Shown here one piece after another: positions 1 to 8,919 of a DNA stretch of 64,000 nucleotides. Position 1 is the first letter of the stretch; the number at the start of each line of letters is the position of its first letter. The stretch comes from Dehalococcoidia bacterium (GTDB lineage Bacteria; Chloroflexota; Dehalococcoidia; Dehalococcoidales; UBA3254), in NCBI GenBank assembly GCA_025361145.1, contig JANYAV010000014.1, positions 84,741 to 148,740 on the forward strand, in the 5' to 3' direction. The translations under genes were made by a program, and so were the position numbers. The notes beneath the pieces are model-generated. The model made no database searches and was not told the origin of the DNA. It worked only from the letters and a program-made list of their open reading frames with translations.

Positions 1-258
1 AGGCAGACCAAGTCCAGAATGCCCATCATGGTTGACGTTGAAGGTTATAAACAGAAGCGTTTTGAAGATTTAAAAACTATGGCTTTAAATGTCGCGTCTC
101 AAGTGAAAGAGTCGCAGTCATCCATTCGGTTAGAACCTATGCCGGCCTTTGAAAGAAGAATTATTCATATGACTTTGGCCAATGACCCAGATGTGGCAAC
201 CGAAAGCATCGGGGAAGGGGAAGCCCGTAAAATTATAGTATCCCCAAAATACAAATAG
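1..258 (+). CDS. jag: Jag/KhpB-type RNA-binding protein, C-terminal KH-R3H part (5' end lies outside the window)
   Basis: The frame is open from base 1. The R3H-like motif ERRIIHMTLANDPDVATESIGEGEARKIIVSP lies at the C-terminus. Confidence 0.75.
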   Translation, partial: RQTKSRMPIMVDVEGYKQKRFEDLKTMALNVASQVKESQSSIRLEPMPAFERRIIHMTLANDPDVATESIGEGEARKIIVSPKYK

Positions 259-295
259 TAAATACAATTTTACAATATTAATTGAATATGTTAAC

Positions 296-568
296 CTCTT
301 TTTAGAAGCGTCGATGGAGAAGAGTAAGAGTATATCGAGCGTATAGCGAATCTGAGACAGTGCGAGCAGAAACGTCCGCCCTCTGAATATCACTCCTGAG
401 CTGCCAACCGAAATCATTATTAGTAGGCCTGGCCGGTTTCGTCAACCGTTATCAGAGACGAGGGCATGATACAGTGTCCTTCTGAGCAGCTTCTGTATAT
501 AACAGAGGAATAAGGGTGGTACCGCGGATTGTGATAAATCCCGTCCCTGAGTGGACGGGATTTTTTTA
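296..568 (+). promoter_or_regulatory. T-box riboswitch leader (Ile specifier) controlling ileS
   Basis: Stem I elements GATGGAGAAGAGTA and AGACAGTGCGAG are present. GAA-ATC-A at 410-416 places the specifier AUC at 413-415. The T-box core GGGTGGTACCGCG is at 514-526. A terminator hairpin AATCCCGTCC/GGACGGGATT (537-562) is followed by a run of 7 T. The ileS SD AAGGAGAG sits at 576-583. Confidence 0.85.
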
Positions 569-585
569 TAACACTAAGGAGAGAT

Positions 586-3500
586 ATGTTTAAACCAGTC
601 AGCAGTAAAGTAGATTTCTCAAAACTAGAAGAAAACCTTATACCTCTATGGAAGGAAAAGAACGTTTTTAAGCGCAGCATTGAGGCAAGGAAAAACAATC
701 AACGTTTTACCTTGTTTGAAGGCCCGCCCACAGCCAACGGCAATCCAGGTATACATCATGTGCTGGCCAGGGTTTTTAAGGACGTGATGCCACGCTACAA
801 GGTGATGAAGGGCTATTACGCACCGAGGATAGCAGGGTGGGATACCCATGGGCTACCGGTAGAACTGGAGGTTGAAAAGAAACTAGGGATTTCCAGTAAA
901 ACCCAGATCGAAGAATACGGTATAGCAAAATTTAATCTTAAGTGTAAAGAAAGCGTTTTTTCTTATTTAAAGAATTGGGATGCTATGACCGAAAGAATCG
1001 CTTACTGGTGCGATTTGGAACATCCCTATATAACCATGGACAATTCCTACATAGAAACAGTCTGGTGGACTATCAAGCAACTCTGGGACAAAGGCTTGAT
1101 ATACCAGGGATACAGGGTAACTCCCCATTGTCCGCGCTGCGGTACTTCCTTAAGCTCACATGAGGTAGCACAGGGGTATAAAGAGAATACCGAAGATCCA
1201 TCGGTCTATCCTAAGTTTAAAGTCACATCTTCCGAGAAAGAGATAATCAATAATCTGCTTAAAGATAAACCAATATATTTGGTGGCCTGGACCACCACTC
1301 CCTGGACTTTACCGGGCAACACCGCTCTGGCGGTGGCAGCGGCAGCAGAATATGCAGTGGTGGATAATGGTTCTGAATATCTGATCCTCGCCAACGATTT
1401 ACGGGCAAAAGCGGGACTGGGTGATCAAAAAGTACAAACTACTCTACAAGGCAGTGAAATCGTAAACACGCGCTATGAGCCGCTCTACAATCCTGATCAA
1501 TTCGGGGTTGAAAGAAGACGACCGATGAAAACAACCAGCCAGGACGGAGTTGAGCGTAAAGAATTCAGAGTTCAGCAGGCCGATGATAAATTAACTTATC
1601 GCGTTATAGCCACGGATTTTGTGACCATGGAAGATGGCAGTGGTATCGTGCATGTCGCTCCAGCCTTTGGTGAAGTGGACTTCGAGGCAGGTTTAGCCTT
1701 CGATTTGGATTTCGTGCAGCAAGTAGATCTGGCTGGCAAGCTAATAGGTAACTATCCCTTCGCAGGGAAATTTGTTAAGTCAGCCGATAAGGAAATACTG
1801 GCTGATTTACAGGCGAGAGGTCTGCTATTTAAAAGCGGCAAGGTACTCCACACCTACCCCTTCTGCTGGCGCTGTAATACTCCTCTGCTATATTACGCGA
1901 AGCAGAGCTGGTATATACGTACAACAGAAGTCAAAGATAAGATGATTGCTAACAACGAAAAATTAAACTGGTATCCTGAGCATATTAAAAACGGGCGCTT
2001 CGGTGACTGGCTTAAGAACAATGTAGATTGGGCCTTTTCCCGAGAGCGTTATTGGGGCACCCCTTTACCGGTCTGGCGCTGTGAGACCTGCGGTAAAATG
2101 GAATGCATCGGCAGTATTAGTGAATTGGTTGAGAAATCAGGGATAGATCCGGCCTGCTTTGAAAAGACCGCACTGGGTCTGCATCGACCGGCTGTCGACG
2201 AAATAAAGATGAAGTGCACAGCTTGCGGTGGACAAATGAAGAGGGCTACCGAGGTTATTGATTGCTGGCTGGACTCCGGTGATATGAGTATTGCCCAATA
2301 TCACTATCCTTTCAATCCAGGTAGCAAGGATATTTTCAAGGATGGGCGCTTTCCGGCAGATTATATCTGTGAAGCCGTAGATCAAACGCGCGGCTGGTTT
2401 TACAGCCTGCACGCTCTTTCTACTTTATTATTCGGTGAGATTTGCTTTAAAAACGTGATCTGTCTGGGGCATATTCTGGATGCCGAAGGCGAGAAAATGA
2501 GCAAGAGCAAAGGGAATGTAGTTGACCCCTGGAAAGTCATTAATAAATACGGTGCGGATGCTTTACGCTGGTACTGCCTGACGGTTACTCCTCCTGGCAA
2601 CGTTAAACGTTTTTCAGAAGACCAGGTAGGCGAGATTACCCGCCGTTTCCAATTGATCCTCTGGAACGTTTATTCCTTTTTTGTGATGTATGCCAATATC
2701 GATAATTATGTACCCGCATCTGATATGAATGTAGAGCCGGATTCCGAATTAGACTGCTGGATTATTTCCGAACTCAATAAATTGATCCGGGACGTTGACC
2801 ATGACCTGGATAATTACAATCCAACTGAAGCTGGGCGAAAGATGGAAATTTTTGTCAACGATCTTTCTAACTGGTATGTGCGACGGAGTCGGCGCCGATT
2901 CTGGAAGAGCGAGAGCGATACCGACAAGACCTCAGCCTACAATACTCTTTATCTCTGTTTGGTGACTTTCAGTAAATTGCTGGCGCCCTTTATGCCTTTT
3001 ATGGCTGAGGAACTTTATCAAAATTTGGTGAAAGCGGTTTCTCCGGGATCTCCTGACAGCGTGCACCTAACCGATTTCCCGGTAGCGGACCTTGCCAAGA
3101 TTAACGATCAATTATCCTCTTCTACTCAACTGGCTATTAAAGTATGCAGCCTGGGAAGGGCAGCTAGAAGCGGGGCAAATATAAAAGTTAGGCAGCCTCT
3201 CTCTAAAGTGGTTGTAGCGGTAAAATCCCGGAGTGAACGCGAAGGATTGATAAAACTTAAACCGCAGGTATTAGAGGAGTTGAATGTCAAAGACATAGAT
3301 TTCGTCGACTCTATGGGCGAATTAAATCAGTCGAATTATACCTGTATGCTGGAAGGCGAAAACGGAGTGGCTCTTTGTACCGAGATCTCTGTTGAGCTTG
3401 AAATGGAAGGCATGGCCAGAGAGATCGTGCACCGTCTTCAAACCATGAGAAAATCAGCTGGATTTGAGATTGCGGACCAGATCATAACTTTCTTCGAAGG

Positions 3501-3666
3501 GGATGAGTATATCCAAAAGGTTATGCAAGATAATGCATCGGTAGAGTACTTAAAACAGGAAACACTATCCAGGAACGTTCTAGGCGTATTTCCTGCCGAA
3601 GGTGTTTATAGCGAAAGCTTCAAACTGGGTGGTCATCCGGTCAAGCTGGGTGTCAAAAAGGCCTAA
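586..3666 (+). CDS. ileS: isoleucine--tRNA ligase
   Basis: 1026 aa ORF with a HIGH-type motif (NGNPGIHHV), KMSKS, and the class Ia editing and anticodon-binding layout. Confidence 0.97.
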   Translation: MFKPVSSKVDFSKLEENLIPLWKEKNVFKRSIEARKNNQRFTLFEGPPTANGNPGIHHVLARVFKDVMPRYKVMKGYYAPRIAGWDTHGLPVELEVEKKLGISSKTQIEEYGIAKFNLKCKESVFSYLKNWDAMTERIAYWCDLEHPYITMDNSYIETVWWTIKQLWDKGLIYQGYRVTPHCPRCGTSLSSHEVAQGYKENTEDPSVYPKFKVTSSEKEIINNLLKDKPIYLVAWTTTPWTLPGNTALAVAAAAEYAVVDNGSEYLILANDLRAKAGLGDQKVQTTLQGSEIVNTRYEPLYNPDQFGVERRRPMKTTSQDGVERKEFRVQQADDKLTYRVIATDFVTMEDGSGIVHVAPAFGEVDFEAGLAFDLDFVQQVDLAGKLIGNYPFAGKFVKSADKEILADLQARGLLFKSGKVLHTYPFCWRCNTPLLYYAKQSWYIRTTEVKDKMIANNEKLNWYPEHIKNGRFGDWLKNNVDWAFSRERYWGTPLPVWRCETCGKMECIGSISELVEKSGIDPACFEKTALGLHRPAVDEIKMKCTACGGQMKRATEVIDCWLDSGDMSIAQYHYPFNPGSKDIFKDGRFPADYICEAVDQTRGWFYSLHALSTLLFGEICFKNVICLGHILDAEGEKMSKSKGNVVDPWKVINKYGADALRWYCLTVTPPGNVKRFSEDQVGEITRRFQLILWNVYSFFVMYANIDNYVPASDMNVEPDSELDCWIISELNKLIRDVDHDLDNYNPTEAGRKMEIFVNDLSNWYVRRSRRRFWKSESDTDKTSAYNTLYLCLVTFSKLLAPFMPFMAEELYQNLVKAVSPGSPDSVHLTDFPVADLAKINDQLSSSTQLAIKVCSLGRAARSGANIKVRQPLSKVVVAVKSRSEREGLIKLKPQVLEELNVKDIDFVDSMGELNQSNYTCMLEGENGVALCTEISVELEMEGMAREIVHRLQTMRKSAGFEIADQIITFFEGDEYIQKVMQDNASVEYLKQETLSRNVLGVFPAEGVYSESFKLGGHPVKLGVKKA

Positions 3667-3685
3667 ATTTGGTTTTGAGGTGATA

Positions 3686-3729
3686 AAAATAGCTCCCTGC
3701 AGGGTGGAAGCCTTGCAGGGAGCTATTTT
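3686..3729. terminator. bidirectional intrinsic terminator between convergent ileS and htrA-like genes
   Basis: A 16-bp perfect stem AAAATAGCTCCCTGCA/TGCAGGGAGCTATTTT has A and T runs on both sides. Confidence 0.7.
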
Positions 3730-3730
3730 A

Positions 3731-4894
3731 TTAAGGAGTCGAGGTAGGAGGGCTTTGTCCTAGAGTAACAGAAGTTGTTTGTTTTGTATTTGCCCTCCAG
3801 AAGGCAAGCTTGACCGACGATCCGATTTTATAGCCGCGTACTATTTTAACTAATTCCTCTACACTAGCAACGTCCTGACCGTCAATTTTCACGACAATAT
3901 CACCTGTTTGCAGACCAGCCAGATCGCCTGGCCCCCCCTGGACTACCTGGGTGATATAAACACCTTTATCTACAGATAATTTATAAATTCTGTAGTCGGT
4001 CTCAGTAACCGTATGCAAGCCTATCCCCATCCAGGGGCGAGAAATATAGCCATTACTGATAAGTTCAAAGATAATGGGAAATGCTATTTGACCTGAAATA
4101 GCGTAACCCATTCCCTCAACACCCACCTGAGCAACTTTGATACTATTTATGCCGATTACTTCACCGCTTAAATTGATTAGCGGTCCTCCGCTATTGCCAG
4201 GATTGATAGCTGCATCAGTCTGGATGAGGTCGTTAAGAGTCTCACCGTTATCGGCTGATACCGAAACACCTTTGGCACTGACAATACCCTTGGTAGCACT
4301 GATGCCCTGTCCCAGAGAATTGCCAATGGCGATAACCCAATCGCCCACACGCATTGAAGCAGAATCTCCCCTTTTAAGAGCTTTAGGCAGATTGTCGGCC
4401 TTAATCTGTATTACGGCCAGATCAGAAACAGTGTCGGTACGCACCATGTCCGCCGGAAAGTTACGGCCGTCTTCCAAAGTTACTGTGATGCTGTTGGCCC
4501 CTTCTACGACGTGATTATTGGTTACTATATATCCTTTGGTGTCGTCCAGGATCCAGCCTGAACCAGCTCCTTCCTGAGTAAAGGTGCCAAAGAAACTCAC
4601 GGTAGGAACTTTGGTGCTTATGGCAACAACAGACGGTCGTACCTGTGCGATAATAGATGCAAAATCCAGAACGCTTACAGGAGCGATACTATTGGTTGAA
4701 ACAGTCGGTGCGGTATAGGTAGGATTAATGGGTAAAGGGGTGGTTACAGAAGGAGTCAGGGTAGGAGCAATCGTTTGTGTAGACCAATTAAAGTTAAATT
4801 GAGGTAATGCACAACTTGATAAGAATAAGGTAGCCATAATTAAAGTAATGAGAAGAGCATATAACAAACTATATTTTTTCATTGATAACCTCAT
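3731..4894 (-). CDS. S1C (HtrA/DegP family) serine protease with C-terminal PDZ domain, membrane anchored
   Basis: The catalytic triad context is present (TNNHVV, DLAVIQ, GNSGGPL). A PDZ-like tail and an N-terminal hydrophobic anchor are also present. Confidence 0.9.
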   Translation of the reverse strand: MRLSMKKYSLLYALLITLIMATLFLSSCALPQFNFNWSTQTIAPTLTPSVTTPLPINPTYTAPTVSTNSIAPVSVLDFASIIAQVRPSVVAISTKVPTVSFFGTFTQEGAGSGWILDDTKGYIVTNNHVVEGANSITVTLEDGRNFPADMVRTDTVSDLAVIQIKADNLPKALKRGDSASMRVGDWVIAIGNSLGQGISATKGIVSAKGVSVSADNGETLNDLIQTDAAINPGNSGGPLINLSGEVIGINSIKVAQVGVEGMGYAISGQIAFPIIFELISNGYISRPWMGIGLHTVTETDYRIYKLSVDKGVYITQVVQGGPGDLAGLQTGDIVVKIDGQDVASVEELVKIVRGYKIGSSVKLAFWRANTKQTTSVTLGQSPPTSTP

Positions 4895-5006
4895 AAATAG
4901 TAACCGTTCCTAAATTTATTATAACATTAATTTATCTATGGCCACGCAATAATAGGCTCCCTACCTTTTAAGCAGAGAACCTATTATTGCGGGAAATTAT
5001 GGCATT

Positions 5007-6371
5007 TTAGAGAGATACTTTAGGTAAGGTTTTTTGGGCTTCTTTAACCCCTTCGATGGGATACTCATAGTCCTCGAGTTTACCTTGATGATAGGCATCA
5101 TATGAAGCCAGGTCGAAATGACCGTGCCCGCTCAAGTTAAACAGTATGATCTTGGATTTGCCTTCTTTTTTAGCAGTAAGAGCTTCATCGATAGCTACCC
5201 GAATCGCATGGTTGCTTTCTGGAGCAGGGAGAATGCCTTCAGTGCGGGCGAACAAAACGCCGGCTTCAAAGGTGGGAATCTGGAAAACGGCTCTGGCTTC
5301 TATCAATTTATGATGGTAGAGAGCACTGACCAGAGGAGACATGCCATGATATCGTAAGCCTCCGGCATGAACTGGAGCCGGCATAAAATCATGACCCAGA
5401 GTGTACATCTTGCAAATGGGGGCCATACCGGCTACATCACCGTAGTCGAAAGCATAAAGACCCTTGGTGAGAGATGGACAGGCCATCGGCTCAACAGCGA
5501 TACAGCGCAGGTTTTTGTGCTTTCCAGATATTTTATCCTTTAAGAATGGGTTAGCGATACCGCCGAAGTTGGAACCGCCGCCCACGCAGCCGATAACAAT
5601 GTCAGGGTAATAGCCAGCCATTTCCATTTGTTTCTGGGCTTCCTGACCAATGATGGTCTGGTGCAGGATGACGTGGTTTAAGACGCTGCCCAAGGAATAA
5701 TGGGTGCCCTCGTGAGTAACGGCATCTTCTACAGCTTCGCTGATTGCCAATCCCAGACTGCCACCGCTTAGCGGGTCTTTAGCCAGGGCATCGCGCCCTG
5801 CCTTGGTATCGGTGCTAGGGCTAGGAACGCATTTGGCGCCCCAGGTCTCCATCAAAATACGACGGTAAGGTTTCTGATTATAGCTGACTTTGACCATGTA
5901 GACTTTGCATTCAATGCCAAACATGGCGCAACTGTAAGAAAGAGCGCTGCCCCACTGGCCAGCGCCGGTCTCGGTGGCTATTCGCTTAATACCCTCTTTC
6001 TTATTGTAGTAAGCCTGAGCAACAGCGGTGTTGCCTTTATGGCTACCTGCAGGGCTGGAGCCTTCGTATTTATAGAAAATTTTCGCCGGAGTATCCAGAG
6101 CTTTCTCTAATTGAAAGGCGCGATGCAACCCAGAGGGTCTCCAGGTGCGGTAGATAGCCTGAATTTCTTCCGGTATATCGATATACTGCTCGTTGCTCAT
6201 TTCCTGTTTGATAAGCTCCATAGGAAAGATGCGGGAGAGTTCTTGCGGAGTGGCAAGTTTACCAGTGGCAGGACTGATATAGGGGGGTAGGGGTTCTGGC
6301 AGATCTGGCAAGATGTTATACCATCTTGATGGCATTTCTTTCTGGTCAAGGAAAAAGACAGTACGTTCCAT
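5007..6371 (-). CDS. trpB: TrpB2-type tryptophan synthase beta chain (TrpB-like PLP enzyme)
   Basis: 454 aa with the long TrpB2 N-terminus ([17 protein letters not shown]) and the PLP lysine motif GSHKGN. A Trp T-box lies upstream. Confidence 0.9.
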   Translation of the reverse strand: MERTVFFLDQKEMPSRWYNILPDLPEPLPPYISPATGKLATPQELSRIFPMELIKQEMSNEQYIDIPEEIQAIYRTWRPSGLHRAFQLEKALDTPAKIFYKYEGSSPAGSHKGNTAVAQAYYNKKEGIKRIATETGAGQWGSALSYSCAMFGIECKVYMVKVSYNQKPYRRILMETWGAKCVPSPSTDTKAGRDALAKDPLSGGSLGLAISEAVEDAVTHEGTHYSLGSVLNHVILHQTIIGQEAQKQMEMAGYYPDIVIGCVGGGSNFGGIANPFLKDKISGKHKNLRCIAVEPMACPSLTKGLYAFDYGDVAGMAPICKMYTLGHDFMPAPVHAGGLRYHGMSPLVSALYHHKLIEARAVFQIPTFEAGVLFARTEGILPAPESNHAIRVAIDEALTAKKEGKSKIILFNLSGHGHFDLASYDAYHQGKLEDYEYPIEGVKEAQKTLPKVSL

Positions 6372-6423
6372 TTTTTACTCCTACTAATAATCTTATATTT
6401 AAATTGACATAAAATAGCGTTGT

Positions 6424-6468
6424 TTAAATATTGGCCCCGGCAGGCCAATAATGTCCCGACGTAATCAT
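6424..6468 (-). CDS. candidate 14-codon upstream ORF (MITSGHYWPAGANI) between the T-box terminator and trpB2
   Basis: AGGAGG (6474-6479) lies 5 nt upstream of the ATG at 6468. The ORF holds one TGG codon and ends at TAA 6424-6426. It is too short for the ORF track. Confidence 0.3.
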   Translation of the reverse strand: MITSGHYWPAGANI

Positions 6469-6480
6469 CTTTACCTCCTA

Positions 6481-6750
6481 AAAACAAAAAATCTCTCAAC
6501 CCACTTAGGGGCGAGAGAATACTTCGCGGTGCCACCCTGTTTAGTTAACCGTAATATAAGGGAGCTGGTCAACCATCTCAATCAGGTACTTCTTTGCAGA
6601 GATACCCTGGGCTTTGTTAACGGTGCCCTTTCCGGCCATACCTACAAGTAATTTCGGCAGGCAACTCCTAGGCCCATTCAATTTCTGCGCCAGTACCGGT
6701 TCACACCAACTCCGGCTCTCTTGACTACGCTGGAAATTTACTATTCCTAT
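6481..6750 (-). promoter_or_regulatory. T-box riboswitch leader (Trp specifier) controlling trpB2
   Basis: On the minus strand, AAGAGAGCCGGAGTTGGTGTGAACCGG is followed by GAA-TGG-G, with the specifier UGG at plus coordinates 6674-6676. The T-box core GGGTGGCACCGCG is at 6525-6537. A terminator TCTCTCGCCCC/GGGTTGAGAGA is followed by TTTTTTGTTTT (6481-6518). Confidence 0.8.
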
Positions 6751-6781
6751 TCTCAGTTATTAATATTTAAGTTATGCAGGA

Positions 6782-6811
6782 ATTATAAAGTAGGATACTC
6801 TCTTTTGTCAA
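6782..6811 (-). promoter_or_regulatory. sigma70-type promoter for the Trp T-box/trpB2 transcript
   Basis: On the minus strand, TTGACA (6806-6811) is separated by an 18-nt spacer from TATAAT (6782-6787). It lies directly after the crp-like stop codon. Confidence 0.55.
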
Positions 6812-6827
6812 TAACAAAAAGCGATCA

Positions 6828-7538
6828 TCACTTAGTTGAAGGCTGATGGTAGTTAGGAGGAGTATCAATAGTGTCTTTAGCTATATCAGACAAAATATCT
6901 CTTTTTAAAACTATGACACGATGGCGTTTAAGGCGGATAGCACCGTTCTCTTCCATAACCTTAAGCGAGCGGTTAACTACTTCCCGGCAGGTTCCTATCA
7001 TATTAGCCATATCCTGCTGAGTTAGCCATAATCCTACCGTGGCTTCTTCACCGGCGTATTTACCCAGTAAAAGTTTAGCTAAACGTCCCATGACCTGAGT
7101 CGAAGAAAGTTCTTCTACGAGATTGGAATCTCGACGGACACGGATAGCCAGAGCTTTTAAAATATTGCTGTAAATACTGGGATGCTCCTGTAAAAGCGTA
7201 TTAAGGTTCTCTTTGCGCACGGAATAAAGCGTTACAGGAGACATTGCCAACATACTGGCCTGATTTGTGCCGCCATCAAAAGTAGAGATATCATTAAGTG
7301 AATCACCTGGGGGAGCGATGTGCAGTATCTGTTCCTTCCCATTTTGGGATGTTTTATAAACTTTGACCAGACCAGTAATCAAGAAAAAGAGATAATCGGA
7401 CCATTCGCCTTCTCTTAAAATAATTTCGCCTTTACTGACCGCTTTTTCGGAAAAGTATTTTTTAATCGCCTCTAACTGTGTATTATCTAATCCGGCGAAA
7501 TAATATATAGATTTCAAAGACTCAATATCTAAGCTCAT
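6828..7538 (-). CDS. Crp/Fnr family transcriptional regulator
   Basis: 236 aa with an N-terminal cNMP-binding beta-barrel pattern and a C-terminal HTH (QQDMANMIGTCREVVNRSLK). Confidence 0.9.
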   Translation of the reverse strand: MSLDIESLKSIYYFAGLDNTQLEAIKKYFSEKAVSKGEIILREGEWSDYLFFLITGLVKVYKTSQNGKEQILHIAPPGDSLNDISTFDGGTNQASMLAMSPVTLYSVRKENLNTLLQEHPSIYSNILKALAIRVRRDSNLVEELSSTQVMGRLAKLLLGKYAGEEATVGLWLTQQDMANMIGTCREVVNRSLKVMEENGAIRLKRHRVIVLKRDILSDIAKDTIDTPPNYHQPSTK

Positions 7539-7727
7539 TTCAATTTTTAGTATACATTATCCTTCTGGTAAATGCATTTTGGCTAGGCAGTCGAGACCAG
7601 CAATTAACGACATCCTTTAACCACGAATGCACAGATGCAGAATATTGATTGATGCATGCGGCGGTGTTTTCATCAAAAGATATTAGGGTAAAAAGACTAC
7701 AGGTTAAAACTCCAATCCCTGGAATAA

Positions 7728-7759
7728 AAAAGGGTTGTGTATAATTACACAACCCTTTT
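7728..7759. terminator. bidirectional intrinsic terminator downstream of the YkgJ-like gene
   Basis: A perfect 14-bp stem AAAAGGGTTGTGTA/TACACAACCCTTTT has a 4-nt loop and a run of 6 T on the minus strand. Confidence 0.75.
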
Positions 7760-7826
7760 GCATGATACTTAAAGAAATTCAAATTTTCTAAATTTCGTTA
7801 GAAAGTCTTATCTTAGAGATTATTTA

Positions 7827-8189
7827 TTATAAAGGTTTTACTCTATTACTAAGGCCTTCCTGACATTCTTTTTGGTCAGATCCAGCTTGCCAGGCCAAGC
7901 AACAATCCGGTTTGAAAGCATGAATCGAACAAAGCATCAAGTGTCCATCTTCAGAAGGTTTAAGAAACATGCAACCTGAACTAACATGCCGAATTAAGAA
8001 ACTTTGTGTCCCGGGCCAGCGATGATCGGTATACTGCTTAATAAATTCATCAAAGGATAAATTTAAATTACTGGCAATGGAATTCGCTTCAGTTAAACTT
8101 ATTCTAGGTTGATAACGTCTACAGCAAGTACCACAGCATAAACACACGAACTCTAGTGCCTTTGAGTGATCTGCTAAATTGTTATTCAC
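7827..8189 (-). CDS. YkgJ-family (UPF0153) cysteine-cluster protein
   Basis: 120 aa with an N-terminal CLCCGTCC motif plus further conserved Cys residues, typical of the CxxCxxCC Fe-S/Zn family. Confidence 0.7.
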   Translation of the reverse strand: MNNNLADHSKALEFVCLCCGTCCRRYQPRISLTEANSIASNLNLSFDEFIKQYTDHRWPGTQSFLIRHVSSGCMFLKPSEDGHLMLCSIHAFKPDCCLAWQAGSDQKECQEGLSNRVKPL

Positions 8190-8234
8190 AGATAACAGCT
8201 TAATATATATTTGATGGTAAATCCAGCGTTTTAC

Positions 8235-8405
8235 TTAAACTGAAACTAGTTTTTCGTTTTCTTTCAAGGCTTGTTTCTTAACACCTTCTATATTATCAAG
8301 GTCACAAGTATATCCGCACTGAAGGCATTGCTCATAATGACCATAATAATCGTTACTGAGATAGATATTCCCGCCACACTTTGGGCATTGCTTACGAGTT
8401 AACAT
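8235..8405 (-). CDS. 56-aa zinc-ribbon protein (below the ORF-track size cutoff)
   Basis: My own translation gives MLTRKQCPKCGGNIYLSNDYYGHYEQCLQCGYTCDLDNIEGVKKQALKENEKLVSV. It has CPKC...CLQC pairs and AGGAAAG 2 nt upstream of the ATG. It is co-directional with, and 45 nt upstream of, the YkgJ-like gene. Confidence 0.45.
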   Translation of the reverse strand: MLTRKQCPKCGGNIYLSNDYYGHYEQCLQCGYTCDLDNIEGVKKQALKENEKLVSV

Positions 8406-8721
8406 TCTTTCCTAACATTCTCCTGACATATTTCGGTTTGCGGCAGTTGATTGAAACCAGGGTTTCGTGCATATCTCTACTGGAAGTCCCAGAAAAGAGC
8501 TACTCCCCCTTGCTCAATTGCCGATCCGATATATTTCAATTGAGCTAAATATTTATGTATTATCAACAAAATAATATGGCTGTAAAACTTGACCAGATCA
8601 TCGTAATACGACTATATATTAAGCAGATACAAATATATTGTCAAATACCTATGCGATTGACATAATAGAATTTAAATTTGTTTATTTAAACAGCATAATC
8701 ACAGCAAGCTCTATATCGTTC

Positions 8722-8737
8722 AGTGATTATAATCACT
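8722..8737. promoter_or_regulatory. perfect 16-bp palindrome AGTGATTATAATCACT, a candidate Crp/Fnr-type operator
   Basis: The sequence is exactly self-complementary and matches the GTGA-N6-TCAC core of the CRP-type TGTGA-N6-TCACA box. It lies in a 514-bp divergent AT-rich intergenic region. Confidence 0.35.
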
Positions 8738-8919
8738 ATAATTACAGCATATAACATAATTGTTAATAAATAGTTAATAAATTCTAATTTTCGGTAAATA
8801 AATATTTAAATTAGTTACCATTGGGTTACGGTTGGGTATAGTCGCCGGTTTGCTTTAGGTATAAAAAGTATTAAAATAAGAAATCTATTTTACAAGAAAT
8901 TTAACGAAGAGAGATTATT

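Noticed and set aside
130-698. Minus-strand ORFs 130-417 and 420-698
   Set aside because: They lie antisense to the jag-like 3' end, the Ile T-box leader and the ileS start. The T-box structure explains this sequence.
6197-6651. ORFs 6197-6535 (minus) and 6451-6651 (plus)
   Set aside because: They overlap the trpB2 N-terminus and the Trp T-box leader. Their protein sequences are low-complexity and have no motifs.
7540-7782. 80-aa minus-strand ORF between the YkgJ-like gene and the crp-like gene
   Set aside because: It contains the perfect 14-bp terminator hairpin at 7728-7759. It has no SD, is AT-rich with odd composition, and ends directly against the crp-like start. It is most likely non-coding promoter and terminator DNA.
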